Positions 30,023 to 38,123 of a stretch of 64,000 nucleotides of DNA are shown in pieces (within the stretch, counting starts at the first letter, position 1; each line of letters starts with the position of its first letter). The notes under the pieces were generated by a model. The model was not told the DNA's origin and did not search any database. It saw only the letters and a program-made list of their open reading frames with translations. Source of the DNA: an uncultured Clostridia bacterium (GTDB lineage Bacteria > Bacillota > Clostridia > Oscillospirales > Acutalibacteraceae); contig CALCTT010000100.1 in the NCBI GenBank assembly GCA_937906895.1, positions 18,937 through 82,936 of the forward strand, given 5' to 3'. The translations under genes were made by a program, and so were the position numbers.

Positions 30023-30721
30023 TCATCTCCTTTTCAGATATCTGAACCAGGCTTTGTGAAAATTTGTCTGTTTTCTTGGCGCAACAGGTATTCGGATTGT
30101 TTCATTAAGATATAGTTCTTCATAGCTGTATTTAGTTACATAATGAAGATTCACTAAAAATGATTTATGAACACGATAAAAGAAAGTTGTAGGTAATTTA
30201 TCTGCCCATTCGTCAATTGTTTCATTTATGATTAACTGTCCATATTTTGTATATAAATATGTCTTTCTGCTTTTGTTTTCTATATAAATAATGTCATCAA
30301 CAAGAATTCTTTTGTGTTCTTTATTGCTGTAAACAAAAACATCGACATAAGCACCGTCAATATATTCCATTGCTTTATCAAGACTTGAATACAGACGATT
30401 AACATCAAACGGCTTTTCAAAGAAACGAAAAACCTGTAAATCCATTGCCGTATCCTGATATTCATTGAATGATGTAACGAAAAAGATTACAACCTTACTG
30501 TTTCTCTGCTTCAGTTCATAGGCCAAATCAATACCGTCATACTGTGGCATTTTTATATCAAGAAAAACCAAATCATAAACAAAATCATTATTTAAAATCT
30601 CGTTTGGTGATGTGGTTGTATCAATCTGAAAAGATATCAAATGATTAGTCATATATTCTTCAATATAATCTTTTAAATCATTTATGTATCTTACCTCATC
30701 ATCACAGATAAGAATCCTCAT
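30023..30721 (-). CDS. LytTR-family response regulator
   Basis: Receiver domain (MRILICDDE, DLVFLDIKMP) plus a C-terminal LytTR DNA-binding domain (FFRVHKSFLVNLHYV). Confidence 0.88.
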   Translation of the reverse strand: MRILICDDEVRYINDLKDYIEEYMTNHLISFQIDTTTSPNEILNNDFVYDLVFLDIKMPQYDGIDLAYELKQRNSKVVIFFVTSFNEYQDTAMDLQVFRFFEKPFDVNRLYSSLDKAMEYIDGAYVDVFVYSNKEHKRILVDDIIYIENKSRKTYLYTKYGQLIINETIDEWADKLPTTFFYRVHKSFLVNLHYVTKYSYEELYLNETIRIPVAPRKQTNFHKAWFRYLKRR

Positions 30722-30769
30722 AAAATCGCTCCTTTTTTATAATAAAAAAGCATCTTCTTACTCAATATA

Positions 30770-30798
30770 ATTCTATCAAAATTCATTTTCAATATCAA
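30770..30798 (-). promoter_or_regulatory. sigma-A type promoter of the LytTR operon
   Basis: Minus strand reads TTGATA (30798-30793), 17 nt, TAGAAT (30775-30770) with an upstream TG. Confidence 0.55.
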
Positions 30799-30800
30799 GA

Positions 30801-30838
30801 AAATTGCAAAATTGCAGATTTTTTCTGCATTTTTGCAA
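30801..30838. promoter_or_regulatory. candidate operator: 14-bp inverted repeat containing a tandem AAATTGCA direct repeat, directly upstream of the -35
   Basis: TTGCAAAATTGCAG (30804-17), 7 nt, CTGCATTTTTGCAA (30825-38), 13/14 complementary. AAATTGCA occurs twice in tandem at 30801-30816. Confidence 0.4.
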
Positions 30839-30902
30839 GAAAAAAGTAAAAATACCCTATTGACAAGCAAGTTTTTAAGTCAATTGAAGTTTTAATAAAA
30901 AA

Positions 30903-30982
30903 GTCATACTGAGCAAAGCGAAGAATCTTTTCAAAATGTAATATATTAACCACAAGAGATTCTTTACTACGTTCAAAATGAC
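30903..30982. repeat. imperfect inverted-repeat element (MITE/REP-like)
   Basis: Arms GTCATACTGAGCAAAGCGAAGAATCT (30903-28) and AGATTCTTTACTACGTTCAAAATGAC (30957-82) are about 70% complementary. No coding signal. Confidence 0.45.
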
Positions 30983-31047
30983 ATACCAAATCGAGTTATA
31001 TAATAATCAATAACCGTTGGAGCAAGCACCGCCCTACCTTGTAATAT

Positions 31048-31076
31048 AAAAAGAGGCTACGGTATTCCATAGCCTC
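31048..31076 (-). terminator. intrinsic terminator of the aconitase-X operon
   Basis: Minus strand reads GAGGCTATGG-aatac-CGTAGCCTC followed by TTTTT. Confidence 0.7.
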
Positions 31077-31096
31077 ATAATGAAATTCACAATCAA

Positions 31097-31537
31097 TTAT
31101 TCAATTGTAACAGTACCGTCTTCGTAAACTGTGATTTTATCACCTGTTTTTACTGTATTGAGGAATTCATCACCAAGACAGTCAACTGTTGGCATTGGAG
31201 TATCTGTCCATACTGAACCGATAATCGCACCTGCTGCTGCAAGTGAGTCAATATGCTCTGAGAAAAGCATACAAGCAGGGCAACGCTCCATAACCTTTGC
31301 ACAATAAAGGACAAGACCACCTGTTGTTGAGCCGATTGTCTGTGGTAAGCAAAGTGCTGTACCAACCATTGGCTTTTCGTAAATGTCGGTATTATTCTGG
31401 TCACCACATTTAGCCTGTTTATCTCCAAACTGAAGTGCACCCTGGAAAGAAGCAAGTGTATTGAAACCACCGTGTGAAACAAGAGCAGTTGCTGTTGCTT
31501 TGCCCGGAACTACGGCACGACCTTTAAATGTTTTCAT
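31097..31537 (-). CDS. aconitase X swivel-domain subunit (DUF126)
   Basis: MKTFKGRAVVPGKATATALVS... and the GSTTGG pattern of DUF126. ATG at 31537 follows the upstream stop by 1 nt and has an AGGAGG SD. Confidence 0.75.
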   Translation of the reverse strand: MKTFKGRAVVPGKATATALVSHGGFNTLASFQGALQFGDKQAKCGDQNNTDIYEKPMVGTALCLPQTIGSTTGGLVLYCAKVMERCPACMLFSEHIDSLAAAGAIIGSVWTDTPMPTVDCLGDEFLNTVKTGDKITVYEDGTVTIE

Positions 31538-31538
31538 T

Positions 31539-32819
31539 TTATTTTGCCTCCTTTGTAATAATATCAAGAATCTCTTCACTTGTATAGTAACGAGATGTTG
31601 TATATGTACGAAGCTTGTTTGAATTTGTAATTACAGGCATCTTCTTAGCTAATGGATTGTTCATGTACATAAGAGGACAAATGTAGCTGAGAACTACACC
31701 TGTTGACTGAAGCTTTGCATACAAATCAGTTTTCTTAAACTCATCACAAACTGCAGGAGGAGCTGTAAATACAGTTGGAACAGAAACCTTACTTCTGCCA
31801 TTCTTCTTAAGACCTTCGTAAACATTTACTGTCCATTCCTTAAGCTGTGCCATTGTCATGTGAGGACAACCAACGAAGCAAAGCTTAGGTGTAGCATCAG
31901 GATTCTTCCACATTACAGGATATGATTTCTTAACTCTTTCAAGTTCAGCATCATCAATAACATAAACCTGTGCATTTTCAGTAATGAGTGACTCACCCAT
32001 TTCAACTGCTTCAGGAGTAAGTCCTGCAATATGATAAAGACCAACAGCACCGTTTGAAGCACAAGCTGCACCAAAGTCCTTAAGATATGCTTTTGCATCA
32101 TCATTAAGCTCAGTACCAAGCCATTCGTTCATACCCTTAACGTAAGGTACATCTTCCATAACCTTCATACCAATTGCAGAACCGAGAATCTGTGCTTCAG
32201 GCTTATTCTTACATTTAACTTCGATAATCCAAGTTGCTTTTCTGCCCTCATCAGTCAAAAGACCGAAATCAGGAACAAAACCGGCTATTGAACCCATCAT
32301 TTCAATTAGACCTGAGTTACGGTTACAACGAGCACCAATAACAGAGTTTGCATATGCCACAGCACTTGATTCAGCCCAAGAAAGAATATCACCCTTCTTT
32401 GGTGTATTGCCAACTTCATCAAGATAACAAGCACATGTATATGCATTATCATCAAGAAGACCCATTTTACGAAGCTGTTCGTTATATGAATCCTGTTTTG
32501 AATACATAAATTTCTTGAACACGAAATTTTTAAGAAAATCTGATGGAACATTTGGGTCAAAAGGCTTTGGGTCAACTGAGAACTTCTGCTTTGATTTTAC
32601 GCCGGCATTAAGGAGCTGGTCCATCAAATCAAATACAGGAGTCATCATTTTAAGCCCAAAACTTGTAACAAGATGTCCCTTTTCACTTGTTACGGGAACC
32701 ATTTTTTCTGCACCGAATGTTTCGCCGTACATAACAAGTGTTTTCATAACTTTAGCCATAACTTCGCCTTGCTTACCGTCCAACATAGCCTGTTGTTCAG
32801 CTGTCAATTGCATTGCCAT
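31539..32819 (-). CDS. aconitase X catalytic subunit (DUF521)
   Basis: LTAEQQAMLDGKQGEVMAKVMKTLVMYGETFGAEKMVPVTS is the typical DUF521 N-terminus. About 426 aa. Confidence 0.75.
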   Translation of the reverse strand: MAMQLTAEQQAMLDGKQGEVMAKVMKTLVMYGETFGAEKMVPVTSEKGHLVTSFGLKMMTPVFDLMDQLLNAGVKSKQKFSVDPKPFDPNVPSDFLKNFVFKKFMYSKQDSYNEQLRKMGLLDDNAYTCACYLDEVGNTPKKGDILSWAESSAVAYANSVIGARCNRNSGLIEMMGSIAGFVPDFGLLTDEGRKATWIIEVKCKNKPEAQILGSAIGMKVMEDVPYVKGMNEWLGTELNDDAKAYLKDFGAACASNGAVGLYHIAGLTPEAVEMGESLITENAQVYVIDDAELERVKKSYPVMWKNPDATPKLCFVGCPHMTMAQLKEWTVNVYEGLKKNGRSKVSVPTVFTAPPAVCDEFKKTDLYAKLQSTGVVLSYICPLMYMNNPLAKKMPVITNSNKLRTYTTSRYYTSEEILDIITKEAK

Positions 32820-32919
32820 TGTTATCACACCTCTTTAATAAAATAATAACAAATATAGTTTACTCTCAATTAGATAAAGTGTCAATGATAAATTGTTAAA
32901 TTTTTGACTATTATCATAA

Positions 32920-34077
32920 TTATTTCAATCCTGCAACAATCCGGAGAATAATTCTTGCATCAACAGCAGTAATATATTTATCTTTATTGACGTCTGCATT
33001 TGCAAAATTTAAATCTTTATTATCCCTTAAACCTGCAACAACCTGTAAAATTAATCGAGCATCTTTTGCTGACACGGTTCCGTCATCATCAGCATCGCCC
33101 AGCATATTTTCGTTATTTGACTGAATGTTGTCAACCGCTCTTGTTTCTACATATTTACAAATCTTACAAGTTCTTTTTTCTTCACCGTCGTGGACTTCAG
33201 TTTCTATTATAGTTGTTTTCCATTCTCCAAAATCATGCCCTCTCGGTGCAATTGTTTCACTTTCAAGAACCTCACCACAAGTTTCACACTTCTTAACTTT
33301 TAAGCCTTCTTCTATACAAGAAGGTTCAGTTTCCTCTGCCCACTCACCTGTTTTGTGACCTGATTTATTTATTTTTCTTGCATCACCTAATGTATTGCAT
33401 ACTTTACAAAATTGTTTTTCTTCACCATCTGTTGTGCAGGTTGCTTCAACAGAAACCTTCCACTCAAAGCTATGTTCTCCTGTTGCCGGAAAAGTAGTTG
33501 TGTTTCTATTACCGCAACTGCATTCTCTTATTTCACAGCCCTCATTGACACAAGTAGGTTGAACTGTACTGACAACAATATCAAAAGAACAGATGTGGGG
33601 CTCTTTCGTATAATTAATCTTTGCAGAAGATAAAACATCATTTCCGCTTTTTATAACAATGTCTTTCCACTCTTGTTCAGTACCTTCATAATATATATTT
33701 TTCAAAGAAGTTGCATCTGCAAAAGCATTCTCACCAATACTCTTTATAGACAAAGGAATTGAAATACTGCTCATCTTTTCACACATACTGAATACATAGG
33801 AACCAATATTAACAATACCTTCTTCAATTGTTACATTATTAATATTATTATACATTCCGTCAAAAGAAAAATATGTAAAAAAATCTTTCATCTCACCTGA
33901 ACCCGATATGGTCAAATCTCCATTATCATTTAAAGTCCATATTACACTATCTTTATTTTCTTCTTTGCTTAAAGTTCCGCTTTTAACAGTATCGGCATAT
34001 ACATCCATCATCAAAAATGATAAAACAATAATATTTACCGATAAAACAATCGATAAAAACCTATTAATCCTATTCAT
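32920..34077 (-). CDS. secreted scaffold-type protein: BspA-like leucine-rich repeats, four Cys-rich mini-repeats, C-terminal type-I dockerin
   Basis: Signal peptide, LRR segment (IEEGIVNIGSYVF...IKSIGENAF), 4x H-x-[FG]-x-W...C-x2-[DE]G...C-x2-C repeats. Dockerin duplicated F-hand: DADDDGTVSAKDARLIL / DVNKDKYITAVDARIIL. Confidence 0.8.
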   Translation of the reverse strand: MNRINRFLSIVLSVNIIVLSFLMMDVYADTVKSGTLSKEENKDSVIWTLNDNGDLTISGSGEMKDFFTYFSFDGMYNNINNVTIEEGIVNIGSYVFSMCEKMSSISIPLSIKSIGENAFADATSLKNIYYEGTEQEWKDIVIKSGNDVLSSAKINYTKEPHICSFDIVVSTVQPTCVNEGCEIRECSCGNRNTTTFPATGEHSFEWKVSVEATCTTDGEEKQFCKVCNTLGDARKINKSGHKTGEWAEETEPSCIEEGLKVKKCETCGEVLESETIAPRGHDFGEWKTTIIETEVHDGEEKRTCKICKYVETRAVDNIQSNNENMLGDADDDGTVSAKDARLILQVVAGLRDNKDLNFANADVNKDKYITAVDARIILRIVAGLK

Positions 34078-34137
34078 AAATATCACATCCTACTATCTTT
34101 TTTCACCATATTAACACAAATTTGAAGTTTATTCAAC

Positions 34138-34165
34138 AAAAACAATGACGGAGACCTGCTCCGCC
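34138..34165 (-). terminator. possible terminator after cotJC
   Basis: Minus strand reads GGCGGA-gcaggtc-TCCGTC (one G-U pair) followed by ATTGTTTTTG. Short stem. Confidence 0.35.
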
Positions 34166-34177
34166 ACTATTTAAAAG

Positions 34178-34807
34178 TTATCTGATTTTTCTGTTTACGT
34201 TTTTCATACAATGCTTATCAAAGCTTGGATTAAAGGCATAGAAATTTTTACTGTCTAACTTATCCGTCATAAGCTGTAAACCCTCACCAAATCTCTGATA
34301 ATGAACAATTTCTCTTTCTCTTAAGAATTTAATCGGGTCACGAACATCAGGGTCATCTACAAGTCGCAAAATGTTATCGTAAGTTGTTCTTGCTTTTTGC
34401 TCTGCAGCTAAATCCTCATGAAGGTCAGTTATAACATCACCTTTTGACTGTAAATAAGCCGCTGTAAAAGGTGTTCCGCTTGCTGCAACAGGATAAATTC
34501 CCGTTGTATGGTCAACAAAATATGTGTCAAAGCCTGATTTTTTTATTTCGTCAATTGATAAGTTTCTTGTCAACTGATAAACTATTGCACCAACCATTTC
34601 CAAGTGTGACAATTCTTCCGTTGCAATGTCCGTCAGAAGTCCTTTAAGTTCAGGTAATGGCATTCCGTATCTTTGAGAGAAATATCTCATTGATGCCGCT
34701 AATTCGCCATCGGGACCGCCGAATTGTGAAATAATAATCTTTGCTAACTTTGGATTTGGATTTTTAATCTTTACAGGATATTGTAATTTCTTTTCATATT
34801 GAAACAT
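34178..34807 (-). CDS. cotJC: manganese-catalase-family spore coat protein CotJC
   Basis: ELAASMRYFSQRY, EELSHLEMVG, AEQKAR di-metal ligand motifs. ATG at 34807 overlaps the cotJB stop (TGATG). Confidence 0.88.
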   Translation of the reverse strand: MFQYEKKLQYPVKIKNPNPKLAKIIISQFGGPDGELAASMRYFSQRYGMPLPELKGLLTDIATEELSHLEMVGAIVYQLTRNLSIDEIKKSGFDTYFVDHTTGIYPVAASGTPFTAAYLQSKGDVITDLHEDLAAEQKARTTYDNILRLVDDPDVRDPIKFLREREIVHYQRFGEGLQLMTDKLDSKNFYAFNPSFDKHCMKNVNRKIR

Positions 34808-35055
34808 CAGCAACCACACTCCACATATTCCCAAGGCCATGGGTCTTTAACCCACACATATCCGCTTCCGGATTTGTGTGTTAAAGGACCAAAACACTCT
34901 TCATATTCTTTTTTTAATTCCTTTGCTCTTTCTGAATATTTCCTGTGCATTTCAATTGCCTTTTCATCACAAGGATGGGTATCTAAATACAAATGAAGTT
35001 CCCAAGCAGCAAAACTTACTGCAGAAATCTCTCTTAATAATTTACATTTATCCAC
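34807..35055 (-). CDS. cotJB: spore coat protein CotJB
   Basis: LHLYLDTHP and DPWPWE motifs. GTG at 35055 has a GGAGG SD; the ORF track extends to the ATG at 35070. Confidence 0.8.
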   Translation of the reverse strand: MDKCKLLREISAVSFAAWELHLYLDTHPCDEKAIEMHRKYSERAKELKKEYEECFGPLTHKSGSGYVWVKDPWPWEYVECGC

Positions 35056-35236
35056 AACACTTACCTCCATAGAATTTTTTATCTAATTCAGGAAAAAGTG
35101 TTCCTTTTGACAACGCTTCACTACTTGTATAGGTAACAAGTTCTGTCTGAAATGGCACATAAGCCATTGCCACAACTACATCTGATGGCAATTTCGGCAT
35201 TTGTTTGCATTTATATTGACATTTATTATCTTCCAT
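35048..35236 (-). CDS. cotJA: spore coat-associated protein CotJA
   Basis: AMAYVPFQ...GTLFPELDKKF motif. First gene of the cotJABC arrangement. Confidence 0.75.
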   Translation of the reverse strand: MEDNKCQYKCKQMPKLPSDVVVAMAYVPFQTELVTYTSSEALSKGTLFPELDKKFYGGKCCG

Positions 35237-35311
35237 TTACTTATCTCCTTTGTTTATTTGAGTTTCCACTCAAAACATCATATTCAATTAAACAATAAAA
35301 TGTTATTTATA

Positions 35312-35340
35312 TTGAAATAAGAAAAAGTAAATGTTAAAAT
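35312..35340 (+). promoter_or_regulatory. sigma-A type promoter for the 35367 gene and the deo cluster
   Basis: TTGAAA (35312-17), 17 nt, TAAAAT (35335-40) with TG at the extended -10 position. Confidence 0.5.
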
Positions 35341-35366
35341 ATAAGTGAAGATGTGAGGTATTATGT

Positions 35367-35915
35367 ATGAAAGATAGAATTACAAAGTTCCTTGAAAATT
35401 CAGTTACAGGTGAAGCTGTTTTAAAACGAATTGCCTTTTATTTGTTTCTAATATGTGTTTTACTTATTTTGATTTTCTTTAAATTAAATGAAATTAACAA
35501 TAATTTTCTTAATATAACCGAACCAATTTTATCAAGCATTAAAAGCGAAGAAAAAGAAAGCGTCAAAGATGTTTTCATTGATGAAAACGATAATATTGTC
35601 GGTGAAGTTTTACCAATGTATAATGAGTTGAGTGAAAGTGAAACTGACAACACAATAAATAATACGACTGAATCAACTACGAAAGTAAAAGAAAATTCAA
35701 CAGAAAATACTACAGAAGCAGTAACACAACAGCATAGCAATTCCCAAAAATATGATTTTGTTATAAATACTAACAGCAATAAAATTCACTATGTCGATTG
35801 CACATTTGTGGGCAGAATGAAAGAGGAAAACAAAAAATACATACAATTAAGTAATGACGAATTAAATGATTATTTAAATAACGGCTATACTTTATGTAGC
35901 ACTTGCGGAGGTTAA
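35367..35915 (+). CDS. membrane-anchored protein with low-complexity N/T/E linker and small C-terminal Cys-motif domain
   Basis: One TM helix. The C-terminal KIHYVDCTF...[10 protein letters not shown] (C...CxxC) resembles small metal-binding tails seen on secreted or competence-associated proteins. Confidence 0.45.
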   Translation: MKDRITKFLENSVTGEAVLKRIAFYLFLICVLLILIFFKLNEINNNFLNITEPILSSIKSEEKESVKDVFIDENDNIVGEVLPMYNELSESETDNTINNTTESTTKVKENSTENTTEAVTQQHSNSQKYDFVINTNSNKIHYVDCTFVGRMKEENKKYIQLSNDELNDYLNNGYTLCSTCGG

Positions 35916-35919
35916 AATT

Positions 35920-36585
35920 ATGAATATCAAAGACATTTTATCAAAGGTTGACCATACTTTATTATCACAAAACGCAACTTGGGAAGAAATTAAATCAATT
36001 TGTGATGATGGAATTAAATATAAAACTGCTTCAGTTTGTATTCCTGCATCATTCGTAAAACAGGCAAAAGAATATGTTGGAGATAAGCTTGCAATTTGCA
36101 CTGTTATCGGGTTTCCAAACGGATACAGTACAACTGCAACAAAAGTTTTTGAAACAGCAGATGCCGTTAAAAACGGTGCAGACGAAATAGATATTGTAAT
36201 TAATGTTGGTTGGTTAAAGGACAAGAAATACAATGAAATTCTTAATGAAATCAACGAAATCAAAGATGCTTGTAATGGAAAACTTTTAAAAGTTATTATT
36301 GAAACTTGCCTTCTTACTGACGACGAAAAAATCAAAATGTGTGAAATTGTAAGTAATTCAAAGGCGGATTATATTAAGACTTCAACCGGCTTTTCAACAG
36401 GTGGAGCAACAAAGGCTGATATTGAACTTTTTGCGAAGCATACTACTAATGGCAAAAAAATCAAGGCTGCAGGCGGAATTGCATCAATTGAAGATGCAGA
36501 AGATTTTATTAACCTTGGTGCATCAAGATTAGGTACAAGCAGAATTGTAAAAATTGTTAAAAATGAACAAGGTAGTGGATATTAA
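35920..36585 (+). CDS. deoC: deoxyribose-phosphate aldolase
   Basis: IDHTLL-like start, Schiff-base lysine context YIKTSTGF, 221 aa. Confidence 0.9.
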   Translation: MNIKDILSKVDHTLLSQNATWEEIKSICDDGIKYKTASVCIPASFVKQAKEYVGDKLAICTVIGFPNGYSTTATKVFETADAVKNGADEIDIVINVGWLKDKKYNEILNEINEIKDACNGKLLKVIIETCLLTDDEKIKMCEIVSNSKADYIKTSTGFSTGGATKADIELFAKHTTNGKKIKAAGGIASIEDAEDFINLGASRLGTSRIVKIVKNEQGSGY

Positions 36586-37706
36586 TGAAATATAAAAGAA
36601 TTTTCCTTATTATTCTTGACAGTTTCGGCATCGGTAATGCTCCTGATGCTGAAAAATTCGGAGATTTTAGTGCTAACACATTTAAAAGCATTTCAGAATC
36701 AGATAAATTCCATATTAATAATTTATCAAAACTCGGTCTTTGTAATATTGATGGTGTTGATTTAGAAGATTCCCCTTGTCCTATCGGTAAATTCGGTGCA
36801 ATTCAGGAATTGTCTAAGGGTAAAGACACTACAATCGGTCATTTTGAAATTGCAGGAATTATTTCAGAAAAACCAATGCCTACCTACCCTGACGGATTTC
36901 CTCAGGAAATCATTAATGAATTTGAAAAGCAAACGGATTGTGGTACACTTTGTAATAAACCATATTCGGGCACACAGGTTATTGCTGATTATGGTGAAGA
37001 GCATATTAAGACAGGTAAATTAATTGTTTACACATCTGCTGACAGCGTTTTTCAGATTGCTGCACACACAGATGTTGTATCTCTTGAAAAATTGTATGAG
37101 TATTGCAGAATTGCACGGAAAATACTCGTTGGTGAGCATGCTGTCGGTCGTGTTATTGCAAGACCTTTTACAGGTGAATACCCATTCACAAGAACATCGG
37201 ACAGACACGATTTTTCTGTTGAGCCTCCTGAAGATACAATGCTCGATAAGTTGAAAGCAAATAATTTTGATGTTATTTCAGTCGGTAAAATTGCTGATAT
37301 TTTTGCAAATCGTGGTATTACTGAAAAATACTTTACTCATTCAAATGATGAGGGTATGAGCAAAACTCTTGAATTAATCGAAAAGGATTTCAATGGTCTT
37401 GTTTTTACAAATCTTGTTGATTTTGATATGAAATTCGGACACAGACGAGATGCCCAAGGATATGCGAATGCCATTAGCGAATTTGATTATTGGTTAAATG
37501 ATTTTATACCAAAAATGCAGGATAATGATTTATTGATTATTACTGCTGACCATGGTTGTGACCCTGCATTTAAAGGTACAGACCATACAAGAGAACAAGT
37601 ACCTTTGCTTATGTATTCAAAGGATATTAATCCTGAAAATCTTGGTACAATTAAGGGCTATAACTATATCAGTAAAGTTATTTTAGATAACTTCAATTTA
37701 AGGTGA
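36585..37706 (+). CDS. deoB: phosphopentomutase
   Basis: RIFLIILDSFGIG, TADHGCDP metal-site motifs. Overlaps the deoC stop. Confidence 0.9.
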   Translation: MKYKRIFLIILDSFGIGNAPDAEKFGDFSANTFKSISESDKFHINNLSKLGLCNIDGVDLEDSPCPIGKFGAIQELSKGKDTTIGHFEIAGIISEKPMPTYPDGFPQEIINEFEKQTDCGTLCNKPYSGTQVIADYGEEHIKTGKLIVYTSADSVFQIAAHTDVVSLEKLYEYCRIARKILVGEHAVGRVIARPFTGEYPFTRTSDRHDFSVEPPEDTMLDKLKANNFDVISVGKIADIFANRGITEKYFTHSNDEGMSKTLELIEKDFNGLVFTNLVDFDMKFGHRRDAQGYANAISEFDYWLNDFIPKMQDNDLLIITADHGCDPAFKGTDHTREQVPLLMYSKDINPENLGTIKGYNYISKVILDNFNLR

Positions 37707-37711
37707 TTTTT

Positions 37712-38122
37712 ATGGATAAAAAAGACCTTTTTAACAAAGCAATAGAAGCTATGAAAAACTCAAATGCACCATATTCAAACTATAATGTTGGTGCTGCTTT
37801 ACTATGCAAAAATGGAAACATATATAAAGGCTGTAACATTGAAAACGCATCATATTCGGTAACAAATTGTGCTGAAAGAACTGCGCTTTTCTCTGCTGTC
37901 GCAAATGGTGAAAAAGATTTTGTTGCTATTTGTGTAGTTGGTGGTAAAAACGGTGAAATTACTGACTACGCTATGCCTTGTGGCGTTTGCAGACAGGCAT
38001 TAGCTGAATTTTGTAATGCTGATTTTAAGATATATGTTGGTATTAGTGAAAACGAAATTAAAGAGTTTACTTTAGGAGAACTTCTCCCCTATTCATTTGA
38101 TAAATCAAAATTAGGTGACTGA
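37712..38122 (+). CDS. cdd: cytidine deaminase
   Basis: CAERTA and PCGVCRQ zinc motifs. ATG at 37712 with AAGGTGA SD. Confidence 0.9.
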   Translation: MDKKDLFNKAIEAMKNSNAPYSNYNVGAALLCKNGNIYKGCNIENASYSVTNCAERTALFSAVANGEKDFVAICVVGGKNGEITDYAMPCGVCRQALAEFCNADFKIYVGISENEIKEFTLGELLPYSFDKSKLGD

Positions 38123-38123
38123 T

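Noticed and set aside
30795-30989. 64-aa ORF on the minus strand between the LytTR operon and the aconitase-X operon
   Set aside because: It spans the promoter, the palindrome and the inverted-repeat element and has no SD. Its sequence (…FERSKESL…RFAQYD…) looks like a read-through translation of the repeat arms rather than a protein.
35892-36335. 147-aa antisense ORF inside deoC. Similar antisense ORFs occur at 57573-57977, 53294-53719, 50472-50888, 13195-13638 and 13818-14165.
   Set aside because: Each lies wholly within a well-supported gene on the other strand, has low-complexity S/I/F/L-rich composition and no start signals. These are the expected shadow ORFs of AT-rich coding DNA.
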